DNA of 64,000 nucleotides from an uncultured Chloroflexia bacterium (lineage in GTDB: Bacteria; Chloroflexota; Chloroflexia; Thermomicrobiales; UBA6265), in assembly GCA_963762985.1 (NCBI GenBank), contig CAVXMK010000010.1:460909-524908 (forward strand), written 5' to 3'. A program made the position numbers and the translations under genes. This document shows positions 1 to 8,534 of the stretch, in pieces. Positions within the stretch are counted from its first letter, which is position 1; each line of letters begins with the position of its first letter. The notes beneath the pieces are model-generated. The model searched no databases and was not told the origin of the DNA. It was given only the letters and a program-made list of their open reading frames with translations.

Positions 1-1
1 G

Positions 2-166
2 AGTGGCGACTTGGTTCTCGATGGCAGAAACATGCTCGATCCCGCAACGGTCGAAGCGGCCGGCCTTCGCTACGAAGGCATCGGCCGCGGCGCGCACAAC
101 GGAGCGGCGGCAGGAAGCGACCGGGCGCAGCCGCCGCGGTTGGTACGCGAGAAGCGGCTCGCCTGA
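2..166 (+). CDS. 3' end of a nucleotide-sugar (UDP-glucose/GDP-mannose) dehydrogenase-family gene; the 5' part lies outside the window
   Basis: The frame from nt 2 reads SGDLVLDGRNMLDPATVEAAGLRYEGIGRGAHNG...KRLA and ends at TGA 164-166. The DGRN.LD....G..Y.GIGR block is the conserved C-terminus of this family. It is not in the ORF track because there is no in-window start. Confidence 0.5.
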   Translation, partial: SGDLVLDGRNMLDPATVEAAGLRYEGIGRGAHNGAAAGSDRAQPPRLVREKRLA

Positions 167-190
167 GCCAAGTCCTACCGTCAGCCAGCG

Positions 191-953
191 CTACGACACG
201 CCCGCCATTTCGCGTGTCCGGGCGCTATCGAGTCTCAGGGCGGCAACGTTGGCCATTGCCTGCGCCAGGTCCAGCTCACCCTCGTTGAGGCGAAACGGCT
301 CGCCGTTCTTGTCGGCAAGAATGCTTCCCGACGAACTCCTCACCGCGGCGAATCGGGACGATTAGGAGCGAGTTGACGTTGATCAGATCGGCAGGCACCT
401 GCCGCCCCGCCAGGTCCTCCACGACCGCCTTCGCCGGCTGGAAGAGGTCGAGGGTAAACGACGAGCCCTCGACCGGCATGTCCTCCGGCAACCCCGTCAG
501 CGGCGGTCCGTACGTGCCGACTCGCACCGCGCGCCTCCGGGCGTCGTCGAGAATCCTGATCTCGACCCGCCGCAGCCCCAGGGTTCCGGCCAACCGTTCC
601 GCGAGCAATCCGTAGAACTCCTCACGCGGCGTCCCTGCCGTGGCCGCGAACAGCGCCTCGTACATCGACGCCAGCCTGCTGGCCAGTTCGACGCGCTCAG
701 CCGACGCCAGATCGAGCAGCGCCGGCGTCGCTTCCGGGTTGGGCTCCCGGCGGCGGTACTTGCGCGGCGCGCGTTCCCGCATGGGACGCCACTCGCGCAA
801 ATCCTCGGACGTGATCAGTGCCATCCGCCCCAACCGCGTCGCGGGTAACTTCCCACGCCGCACCGCACGGGACACAGTGTGGTACGAGACGCCCTTGAGC
901 CGGGCGGCCTCGGCCATGGTGTAGACATCGCCGCTGCCAGTCACATCGTTCAC
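191..953 (-). pseudogene. Excisionase/MerR-type HTH plus GAF-domain regulator, frameshifted as sequenced (+1 near 325-327)
   Basis: ORF 276-953 starts with the HTH YTMAEAARLKGVSYHTVSRAVRRGKLPATRLG, followed by a GAF-like body ending ...LLIVPIRRGEEFVG. The expected continuation SILADKNGEPFRLNEGELDLAQAMANVAALRLDSARTREMAGVS* is in the adjacent frame and stops at TAG 191-193. Confidence 0.7.
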
Positions 954-1148
954 GCGAGTCTCCTCCTGCGGTGGCCCAGTCCCCGGAGCCGGGCCTCGAA
1001 TGCTTGTGGGGTGCGCCGCTCAGTGGCGACTCCGATGGATGGCGCAAACCAATGGTACACCCTCTTCCAGATTGCGACAATTTCGGCTTGCCGCCTTTTC
1101 ACTTTATCAAAGCATGGCAACGCGAATAGAAGCTCGCAAACTGCATGA

Positions 1149-1177
1149 GAACGCGGATTTGGATCGATTCCGCGTTC
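1149..1177. promoter_or_regulatory. Candidate operator: perfect 9-bp inverted repeat GAACGCGGA-N11-TCCGCGTTC in a divergent promoter region
   Basis: It lies in the lower-GC 354-bp gap between the minus-strand HTH-GAF regulator and the plus-strand hyi-garR pair. Confidence 0.3.
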
Positions 1178-1307
1178 GTTCACGACAATGTGTGACTCCT
1201 ATTCACGGGCGTCCACCAACTCGTTGCGCCACACCCACCCGTTTGACCGCAATTCTCGTGCCGACTAGGATGCGCCCGGTCGGTTTTCCGGCAAACGAGG
1301 AGGCAGC

Positions 1308-2105
1308 ATGCCAAGATTTGCGGCCAATCTGTCGATGCTCTTCACGGAGCATCCGTTTCTGGAACGCTTCGCGGCCGCAAAGAAGGCCGGTTTTGAAGCC
1401 GTGGAGTTCCTTTTCCCGTACGAATTCGACACGGCGGCCATCGCCCGGGAGCTGCGGAGCAACGGTCTGCAGCAGGTGCTGTTCAACCTTCCGGCGGGCG
1501 ACTTCGCCGCGGGCGATCGCGGCATGGCGAACGACCCGGCTCGGGTGGAGGAGTTCCGTGCCGGCGTAGCCCGGGCGATTCAGATCGCCCGCCAGTTCGA
1601 GAGTGGCCGCCTCAACTGCCTGGCCGGGCTGCGCCTGGCTGACGTGCCGGAAGAGACGCAGTCCGCCACCTTGGTCGACAACCTCCGGTACGCGGCGGAC
1701 GCCGCGGCGGAGGCGGGCATCCGGCAGGTGGTCGAACCCCTCAACGTCTTCGATGCCCCAGGGTACTTCCTGCCCACGCCGGAGGCGGGGTTTGCCCTCG
1801 TCGAGCGGGTGCATCATCCCAACTGCTTGCTCCAGTACGATGTCTATCACTCGCAACGGATGAGCGGGAATCTGGCTGCGACCATCGCCGCCCGCATCGG
1901 CCTGATCGGGCACGTGCAGATCGCCGACAGCCCCGGCCGCCACGAACCCGGAACGGGGGAGATCAACTATCCCTTCGTCCTGCAAGCCCTGGATGACGCG
2001 GGGTACGATGGCTGGGTGAGTCTCGAGTATCGGCCGCGGGAGTCAACCGAATCGTCGCTACGATGGATGACCGAGATGGGCTACTGGCCCGCGACCAACG
2101 TCTGA
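1308..2105 (+). CDS. hyi: Hydroxypyruvate isomerase / 2-oxo-tetronate isomerase family (Hyi/OtnI) TIM-barrel protein
   Basis: 265-aa ORF MPRFAANLSMLFTEHPFLERFAAAKKAGFEAVEF... ending ...GWVSLEYRP, full length for the family. GAGGAGG sits 4 nt upstream of the ATG. Confidence 0.88.
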   Translation: MPRFAANLSMLFTEHPFLERFAAAKKAGFEAVEFLFPYEFDTAAIARELRSNGLQQVLFNLPAGDFAAGDRGMANDPARVEEFRAGVARAIQIARQFESGRLNCLAGLRLADVPEETQSATLVDNLRYAADAAAEAGIRQVVEPLNVFDAPGYFLPTPEAGFALVERVHHPNCLLQYDVYHSQRMSGNLAATIAARIGLIGHVQIADSPGRHEPGTGEINYPFVLQALDDAGYDGWVSLEYRPRESTESSLRWMTEMGYWPATNV

Positions 2106-2117
2106 GGGGAGGGTGGC

Positions 2118-3032
2118 ATGGCTGATTTCGAAGGAGCGCCGATCGGATTCATCGGGTTGGGCATCATGGGCAAACCCATGGCCCGCAACCTGGCCAAGGC
2201 CGGCTACGACCTGGTCATCTACAACCGAAGTAAGGACGACATCGACACACTGCTGGCCGAAGGCGACCAATTCCAGGCCGCCGCCAGCCCACGCGAGGTC
2301 GCCGAGCGCACGAAGGCCATCATCACCGTCCTCCCCGATTCGCCCGACGTCCGCGACGTGGTCTTCGGCGAGAACGGACTCCTGCCCGCCGTCGGCCCCG
2401 GGCATCTGCTCATCGACATGAGCACCATCGCTCCCGCGACGTCCATCGAGGTCAACGATGCCCTGACCGAGCGCGGCGCCCGCGCCCTCGACGCCCCGGT
2501 CAGCGGCGGCGAGACTGGCGCCGTCAACGGTACGCTCAGCATCATGGTCGGCGGCGAGGCTGCCGATTTCGAGCGCGCCATGCCCCTCTTCGAAGCCATG
2601 GGCAAGACCATCGTCCACGTCGGCGGACCGGGCGCCGGTCAGATCGTCAAGGCCTGCAACCAGATGGTGGTGGCCATCAACTACGCGGCGGTGAGCGAGG
2701 CGCTCGTCCTTGGCGCCAAGGCCGGAGTCGATCCGGCAAAGATCGTCGAGGTGCTCTCTGGTGGTCTTGCCGCCAGCCGGGTGATGGAGCTCAAAGGCGC
2801 GGGCATGATCGCGCATCAGTTCCAACCCGGGTTTCGCATCGACTTGCACCGCAAGGATCTCGGTATCGCCCTGGCGACCGCCTCCGCGAACGGCATCCCC
2901 GTCCCGGCGACGGCACTCGTCGGTCAGCTCTTCGAGTCGATGGCTGCCGCCGGCCGCGGCGACCTCGACCATAGCGCCCTGGTGACCGCGTATGAAGAAC
3001 TGGCCCATTACCATCTCGGAGATGAGCAGTAG
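2118..3032 (+). CDS. garR: 2-hydroxy-3-oxopropionate (tartronate semialdehyde) reductase / beta-hydroxyacid dehydrogenase
   Basis: 304 aa with N-terminal IGFIGLGIMGKPMARNL (Rossmann fold), plus DAPVSGG and GAGQIVKACNQ motifs typical of the 3-hydroxyisobutyrate dehydrogenase family. It starts 12 nt after hyi. Confidence 0.88.
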   Translation: MADFEGAPIGFIGLGIMGKPMARNLAKAGYDLVIYNRSKDDIDTLLAEGDQFQAAASPREVAERTKAIITVLPDSPDVRDVVFGENGLLPAVGPGHLLIDMSTIAPATSIEVNDALTERGARALDAPVSGGETGAVNGTLSIMVGGEAADFERAMPLFEAMGKTIVHVGGPGAGQIVKACNQMVVAINYAAVSEALVLGAKAGVDPAKIVEVLSGGLAASRVMELKGAGMIAHQFQPGFRIDLHRKDLGIALATASANGIPVPATALVGQLFESMAAAGRGDLDHSALVTAYEELAHYHLGDEQ

Positions 3033-3241
3033 AGCGGCGACTACAGGCCGCACCGACTTGAGCATGGCGACCCACTGTCGTGCCCGGGCCGACATGGATC
3101 GCGATGCGTTGCTCGACCATCCGGCGTCGGCGCACCAACGCGGAGATCCGTGGCACACTCATCACGGTTAGGTATTCGCGCGCCTGGGTTCGATGCGTGC
3201 CTCGTGACAACCCACGGCCCACTGCCGGTTCGGAGATCCCG

Positions 3242-4336
3242 ATGACCATTCAGGGCGCCCCACGGCCGGGCGCACCGCTCCACGACGACACCCCACACAC
3301 CTACGACGCATTGCTGGTCCTCTCGTTCGGTGGCCCCGAGGGCATGGACGACGTCCTCCCGTTTCTCGAGAACGTCACCCGCGGCCGCAATGTACCGCGC
3401 GAACGCCTCAAGGAAGTCGCCGCACACTACGCCCACTTCGGCGGGGTCAGCCCAATCAACCAGCAGAACAGGGCGCTCATCGCCGCCCTTGAGCACGAGC
3501 TCTCCGCCCACGGCATTGAGCTGCCGATCTACTTCGGCAATCGCAACTGGCATCCCTTGGTCGAGCAGACCATCGCCACGATGCGCGCCGACGGGGTGAG
3601 GAACGTCCTAGTCTTCGTCACCTCGGCATACAGTTCCTACTCCGGCTGCCGTCAATATCGCGAAGACGTGATGCGGTCCCTCGATGCCCTCGGCGAAACC
3701 GACATGCGCTTCGACAAACTGCGCGTCTTCTACAACCATCCAGGCTTCATCGAGCCCATGGCGCAACGACTCCGCGAGGCAATGGCGTCCCTGCCAGAGC
3801 GGCGCCGCGAAACCGCCGAGGTCATCTTCACCGCGCACAGCATCCCCGTCTCCATGGCCCGCGGCTGCGCCTACGAGCGCCAGTTGCGCGAGGCCAGCCG
3901 GCTCGTGGCCGAACGCGCGGGCACGGACCGATCCCACCTCGCCTGGCAGAGCCGCAGCGGCCCGCCGCAGGTTCCATGGCTCGAACCAGACATCCTGGAG
4001 GAGATGAATCGACTGTACGAGTCCGGCGCACGCGATGTGATCGTGGTCCCCATCGGCTTCATCTCGGATCACCTCGAAGTGCTGTTCGATCTCGACGTGG
4101 AGGCCCAGGACCACGCGCAACAACTTGGGATGACGTTGATCCGCGTCCCGTCAATCGGCACCGACCCGGCGTTCGTCACCATGATCCGGGAACTGATCGA
4201 AGAGCGCCTGACGGCGAACCCCGAGCGCCGTTTCCTCGGATCGCTCGGCCCCAGCCACGACATCTGCCCCAACAACTGCTGCCAACTCGGCGAGCGCCGC
4301 CCTGCGCCTCTCGTACGGGAGCAGGCAACCGCGTGA
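3242..4336 (+). CDS. hemH: Ferrochelatase (probably coproporphyrin ferrochelatase type) with a Cys-rich C-terminal tail
   Basis: ORF 3080-4336 contains LLVLSFGGPEGMDDVLPFLENVTRGR, SPINQQNR, and AHSIP...WLEPD...GFISDHLEVLFDLD. I chose the ATG at 3242 (MTIQGAP) because the upstream 54 codons are Arg-rich and not protein-like. The tail HDICPNNCCQ is noted. Confidence 0.85.
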   Translation: MTIQGAPRPGAPLHDDTPHTYDALLVLSFGGPEGMDDVLPFLENVTRGRNVPRERLKEVAAHYAHFGGVSPINQQNRALIAALEHELSAHGIELPIYFGNRNWHPLVEQTIATMRADGVRNVLVFVTSAYSSYSGCRQYREDVMRSLDALGETDMRFDKLRVFYNHPGFIEPMAQRLREAMASLPERRRETAEVIFTAHSIPVSMARGCAYERQLREASRLVAERAGTDRSHLAWQSRSGPPQVPWLEPDILEEMNRLYESGARDVIVVPIGFISDHLEVLFDLDVEAQDHAQQLGMTLIRVPSIGTDPAFVTMIRELIEERLTANPERRFLGSLGPSHDICPNNCCQLGERRPAPLVREQATA

Positions 4337-5619
4337 CGTACGAGTCAGTGAATCCTTCGCCCACGATTGGAGCGCCTGTGGACACGCCGCTTCCGGTCAC
4401 CCAGGCCGACGCCGTCGTCATCGGCGCCGGCGCGTTCGGGCTCAGCGTCGGGTATCAATTGGCCGCACTTGGCGCGGGACGCGTCGTCGTCCTGGACCGC
4501 TTCGCGCCGGGATCGCAAACCTCGCCCCGCGCCGCCGGTCTCTACAAGCTGATCCAGGCCGACGAGACCCTCACCCGGCTGGCGCAATCGAGCATCGACA
4601 TCGTCCGCGGCTTCACCGACGCCACCGGTGTCCCCATGCCGTTCGTCCAGTCTGGCAGCCTGCTTGCTGCCCGCACCCCGGAGCACGCGACCCTGATCGA
4701 AGAGGAAGCGGAAGCCTCGTCCCGATGGGGCATCGAACTCGAAATAGTCGACGCCGCGGAAATGCAACGGCTCGCGCCCTACCTCACCGGACGCAACATT
4801 CGCTCTGCCTGGTTCGTTCCGGACGATATCTACGTCGAGGAGCCGCGATCGCTACTCGATGCCTACATCACGGCCATCGCACAACTCGGCTCCGAGGTCA
4901 TCGGTCACGCGGCCGTCACCGGGATTACCGTCACTGACGGCGAAATCGTCGGCGTCTCTACGGCCCGAGGCGACATCGCCACGCCTCTCGTCGTGGATGC
5001 CGCGGGGGCCTGGGCTCGCGCCGTCGGTGCCTTGGCCGGCGTCGAAGTACCGGTAGCGCCGGTTCGCCATCAACTGCTCATCACGCGCCCGATCGCGGGC
5101 ATGGCTCCCACCGAGCCGATCGCCCGCATCGTGGACGCCTCCGTTTACCTGCGCCCGGCCCGCGGCGGTCTGATGATGGGCGGCATGGAGAGCAACCCCA
5201 TCGCCATCGACCCTCGCGCGGACCCGACCTTCACCATCGCCGACACGCCGCTCGACATGGGCGTGCTCGATGCGTTCACCGAGGCGCTCGGACCTCTTGT
5301 CCCCGCCCTGGGCGACACGCCCGTGGCCGAGCATCGCGGCGGTCTCTTCACCATGACCCCAGACGCCCGGTTCCTGGCTGGACCAGTGCCCGGGGTGCGC
5401 GGGTTGTGGACGGCCACCGGCTGCAACGGTAGCGGCTTCTCCATCTCCGCTGGCATCGGCCTGGCCCTGGCGGAATGGATGGTCGGCGGAGAACCGCCAT
5501 TCGACCTGTCCAGCCTCGATCCCGGCCGCTTCGGCACCGGCCCACTCGACGATGACGAGCTTGCCGCCTCCGGGCTCTGGCACTACGCGAACTACTACAC
5601 CCCGCAACCGGTCGGTTAG
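4333..5619 (+). CDS. FAD-dependent oxidoreductase, DAO (glycine/D-amino-acid oxidase) family
   Basis: Dinucleotide fold ADAVVIGAGAFGLSVGYQLAALGAGRVVVLD, then SPRAAGL. The only plausible start is a GTG overlapping the hemH stop (GTGA at 4333-4336). The upstream part of track ORF 3976-5619 is an alternate frame of hemH. Confidence 0.8.
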   Translation: MTYESVNPSPTIGAPVDTPLPVTQADAVVIGAGAFGLSVGYQLAALGAGRVVVLDRFAPGSQTSPRAAGLYKLIQADETLTRLAQSSIDIVRGFTDATGVPMPFVQSGSLLAARTPEHATLIEEEAEASSRWGIELEIVDAAEMQRLAPYLTGRNIRSAWFVPDDIYVEEPRSLLDAYITAIAQLGSEVIGHAAVTGITVTDGEIVGVSTARGDIATPLVVDAAGAWARAVGALAGVEVPVAPVRHQLLITRPIAGMAPTEPIARIVDASVYLRPARGGLMMGGMESNPIAIDPRADPTFTIADTPLDMGVLDAFTEALGPLVPALGDTPVAEHRGGLFTMTPDARFLAGPVPGVRGLWTATGCNGSGFSISAGIGLALAEWMVGGEPPFDLSSLDPGRFGTGPLDDDELAASGLWHYANYYTPQPVG

Positions 5620-5715
5620 GGACGAAAGTCGAATCTCAGGTATTCTGCACGGCAATCACCGGCTGGAAGATATCGGGCGCCGGCCGCCATGGCGGCGCTC
5701 CAGGGGAGTGTGCGA

Positions 5716-6702
5716 ATGACTTCGGAGCGTTTCCTGGTCACGGGAGCGCTGGGCTGCATCGGATCGTGGGCGGTCAAGCGCCTGGTCGATGAAGGCGTCC
5801 CGGTGACGACGTATGACCTGCCAGGCGACCCGCATCGCATGCGCCTGATCATGGACGATGCGGCCATGGAAAAAGTCACCTTCGTCGAGGGCGACATCAC
5901 CGACGAGAACCGCTTCGAAACCGTCGTCAGCGAAAACGGCATCACGCACATCCTGCACCTGGCCGCGCTGCAAGTCCCCTTCGTACGCGCGAAACCGGTG
6001 CTCGGGGCACGCGTCAACGTCGTCGGCACGGCCATCGTCCTCGAGACGGCACGCAAGCTCGCGGATCAGATCGCCGGTCTCGTTTACGCGTCGTCCGTCG
6101 CCGTCTACGGGACGCCGGATCTCTACCCGCCGGGGCCGCTGGCCGACGACGCCCCACTCTCGCCCGTGACGCTCTACGGCGTCACCAAGGAAGCCAACGA
6201 GGGCTGGGCCGCCATCTACTGGCAGGACTACCAGATACCGAGCGTCGGACTGCGTCCCTTCTTCGTCTATGGCCCAGGCCGCGACCAGGGAGTCAGCTCC
6301 ACCCCGACGAAGGGCATGGCCGCCGCTGCCGTCGGTCGCCCATATCACATCTCCTTCGGCGGAACCGACACCTACCAGCACGCCGACGACGTGGCCAAAG
6401 TCTTCATCGCCGCGGCGCGCACGATGCCGCGGGGAGCGCCGGTCTACAACCTCGGTGGCACGCTCGCCTCGGTCGCCGACGTCGTCGCCGCCATCGAGCG
6501 GGCAGCGCCGGAGAGTGCGGGGACCATCACCCATGCCCCGGAGCCCCTCTTCACCCCGGACGGCGTCGAAGGCAAAGCCATCGAATCGCTCCTCGGCCCC
6601 ATCGCCTGGCGCCCTCTCGAGCAAGGCGTCCAGGACACCATCGATGCGTTTCGGATGGCGGCGCGCAATGGACGGCTCGACGCCGACCGCGCGATTGCCT
6701 GA
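5716..6702 (+). CDS. NAD-dependent epimerase/dehydratase (extended SDR)
   Basis: FLVTGALGCIGSWAVKRLV (GxxGxxG) and catalytic YGVTK (YxxxK). The ATG at 5716 is preceded by AGGGGAG. Confidence 0.8.
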   Translation: MTSERFLVTGALGCIGSWAVKRLVDEGVPVTTYDLPGDPHRMRLIMDDAAMEKVTFVEGDITDENRFETVVSENGITHILHLAALQVPFVRAKPVLGARVNVVGTAIVLETARKLADQIAGLVYASSVAVYGTPDLYPPGPLADDAPLSPVTLYGVTKEANEGWAAIYWQDYQIPSVGLRPFFVYGPGRDQGVSSTPTKGMAAAAVGRPYHISFGGTDTYQHADDVAKVFIAAARTMPRGAPVYNLGGTLASVADVVAAIERAAPESAGTITHAPEPLFTPDGVEGKAIESLLGPIAWRPLEQGVQDTIDAFRMAARNGRLDADRAIA

Positions 6703-6720
6703 GCCACGGGAACCGGCGCC

Positions 6721-7341
6721 GTGCTGAGGAACTTGTTTGCCGTCAGCCGCTTCGTCATCTGGCTTGCCGTGGCCGGGGCATTCCTCGGCTCAGTCATCCT
6801 GCTCGGCATCGCCACCATTACCCTCATCAATCTCGCCTGGTCCGAGCTCGTCAATCTCAAAGACAACGGTATCAGCGGCATGACCGGTCAGCACCTCGAT
6901 CGTCTCGGCGTCGAGCTGATCGAGATCATCGATGTCATCCTCCTCGGTACCGTGCTCTACATCGTCGCCCTCGGGCTCTACCAGCTCTTTATCGATCGTC
7001 ACCTGCCGCTGCCCCATTGGCTGAAAGTTAGCGACCTCACGGATCTGAAGCGCGACCTGATCGGGGTGGTCGTGGTGCTTCTTGGCGTCAGCTTTCTGGG
7101 CGAGGTGGTGAACTGGGACGGCGACGAAAATGTCCTGCCGCTCGGCGTCGCCGTGGCCTTCGTCATCGCCGCCCTCGGTTTCATCTTGTGGATTACTCCC
7201 AATAAACACGGCCACGGCGACCCCGAAGAAAGCTCCCCTTCTCCGAAGAATCGGGAGAGGGGGGTTGGGGGGCTCTCTCCCGGACAGTTTGGCGAAAGGC
7301 GGTCCGACACGGGGATCCGATGCGACACTGCTGGGTGTTGA
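6721..7341 (+). CDS. YqhA/UPF0114-family membrane protein; the last ~25 codons read into a REP element and the IS left end
   Basis: GTG start. Hydrophobic helices and the LYQLFI...LP.WL...L..LK block typical of UPF0114. From about nt 7230 the ORF translates repeat/IS sequence (SSPSPKNRERGVGGLSPGQF...). Confidence 0.65.
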   Translation: MLRNLFAVSRFVIWLAVAGAFLGSVILLGIATITLINLAWSELVNLKDNGISGMTGQHLDRLGVELIEIIDVILLGTVLYIVALGLYQLFIDRHLPLPHWLKVSDLTDLKRDLIGVVVVLLGVSFLGEVVNWDGDENVLPLGVAVAFVIAALGFILWITPNKHGHGDPEESSPSPKNRERGVGGLSPGQFGERRSDTGIRCDTAGC

Positions 7342-8504
7342 GCGTCCAGCGGATCGGATCGGAGGCGCCCCGTGTCGAGCCGAGGAAAAGTGTTGCATGC
7401 GTGGGTACGCCAGGTCGAAACGCTGCTGCCGGGGGAGCGGGTGACGCGGGTGCGCGTGCTGGCGCTGTTCGCGGCCGGGGTGCTGTGGGCCGGCTCGGTG
7501 ACCTTGCTCAAGGTGGCCGCCGCCTTGCCGCTGCCGGCCAGCGACCCGAGTATCGAGCGGCGCCTCAAGCGCTTCGTGACCAACCCGCGCGTGACCGTGG
7601 CGGGGCTGTGGGATCCGCTGCTGCCGGTCCTGCTGCGGGCGCTGGGGCAGCGGGAGGTGGTGTTGGTCTTCGACCCGACGCCGTACCGCGACTGCGCCAC
7701 CATCCTGGTCGTCGGGGTGGTGGTGCGCCGCCGTGTGCTGCCCCTGACCTGGCGGGTGGCGCCGCAGCAAGACCCCTGGCCGCAGCCGCTGGGACCAATC
7801 CTGACGGACTTGCTGGCCGTCATCGCCGCCGCGCTGCCGCCCGGTACGACCGCGACGCTGCTGGCCGATCGCGGCCTGGTCGGTCCGACGGTCGTCGATT
7901 GCGCGCGGGCGGTCGGGTTTCACGTCATCTTGCGGTTGCGCGCCGGGGCCGGTGAGGAGACCCGCGTCCGCCTCGGCGACGGGCCCGAGCAGCGCGTGGC
8001 CGCCCTGCCCACCGGTCCCGGGCAGCGCTTCGCCGGGCCAGCCGCGATCTTCAAAGATGCCGGCTGGCGCACCGGCCACCTGACCATCCACTGGGCCGCG
8101 GGGGCCGACGAGCCGTGGGTGCTGTTCTCCGACCGCCCGGCCGGTCCCGACCGGGTGCGCGAGTACCGCCAGCGCGCCCGCGCCGAGGCCACCTACCAAG
8201 ACGAAAAGGGGCGCGGTTTTGTGCTGGAAGCCAGCAAACTCGGCGCCGTGGACCACCTGGAACGCTTGCTGCTGGCGGTGCATCTGGCGCTGTGGTGGGC
8301 CTACGGGCTCGGCTTGCAGACCGTGCGCAACGGACAGCGCCGTCGCTACGACCGGCGCGACCGGCGCGACCTGAGTCTGGTCCGCCTGGGCCGCACCGCC
8401 TGCCTGGCGGCCCTCGATCTGGATCATCGTCCCGCCTTACCCTTCCGCTTCACCCCCGCCGGCTGGACCTTCCCGTGGGTGCGATGAAACTGTCCGGGAG
8501 AGAG
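7273..8504 (+). mobile_element. Complete IS element (IS4/IS701-like DDE transposase) with 18-bp perfect terminal inverted repeats
   Basis: CTCTCTCCCGGACAGTTT at 7273-7290 is the exact reverse complement of 8487-8504. G-runs (GGGGG) flank both ends at 7268-7272 and 8505-8509 and are a possible target duplication. The element is inserted inside a CCCCTTCTCC...GGGAGAGGGG..GTGAGGG REP unit. Confidence 0.85.
7372..8487 (+). CDS. IS4/IS701-family DDE transposase
   Basis: 371 aa. LVFDPT (first D region), LLADRG (second D), and the YRQRARAEATYQDEKG block matching the Y-2-R-3-E-6-K signature of IS4-type enzymes. It fills the IS from IR to IR. Confidence 0.8.
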   Translation: MSSRGKVLHAWVRQVETLLPGERVTRVRVLALFAAGVLWAGSVTLLKVAAALPLPASDPSIERRLKRFVTNPRVTVAGLWDPLLPVLLRALGQREVVLVFDPTPYRDCATILVVGVVVRRRVLPLTWRVAPQQDPWPQPLGPILTDLLAVIAAALPPGTTATLLADRGLVGPTVVDCARAVGFHVILRLRAGAGEETRVRLGDGPEQRVAALPTGPGQRFAGPAAIFKDAGWRTGHLTIHWAAGADEPWVLFSDRPAGPDRVREYRQRARAEATYQDEKGRGFVLEASKLGAVDHLERLLLAVHLALWWAYGLGLQTVRNGQRRRYDRRDRRDLSLVRLGRTACLAALDLDHRPALPFRFTPAGWTFPWVR

Positions 8505-8534
8505 GGGGGCAGGGGGTGAGGGCGGAGCACAGGT

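Noticed and set aside
3183-3201. tRNA T-loop-like strings (GGGTTCGATGCG here; GGCGGTTCGGCTATCC at 42521-42537)
   Set aside because: The flanking bases cannot form T-stems, acceptor stems or anticodon arms. I found no tRNA in the window by eye.
4333-5619. HemY/CgoX (coproporphyrinogen oxidase), suggested by adjacency and overlap with hemH
   Set aside because: The sequence pattern (DAVVIGAG..G......LA..G..V.VLD, SPRAAGL) is of the DAO/glycine oxidase type rather than the amine-oxidase-type HemY. I therefore called it a generic DAO-family flavoprotein.
6790-8427. 545-aa minus-strand ORF
   Set aside because: It is antisense to the yqhA-like gene and to the IS transposase. Its Arg/Gly/Pro/His-rich composition is typical of high-GC shadow ORFs.
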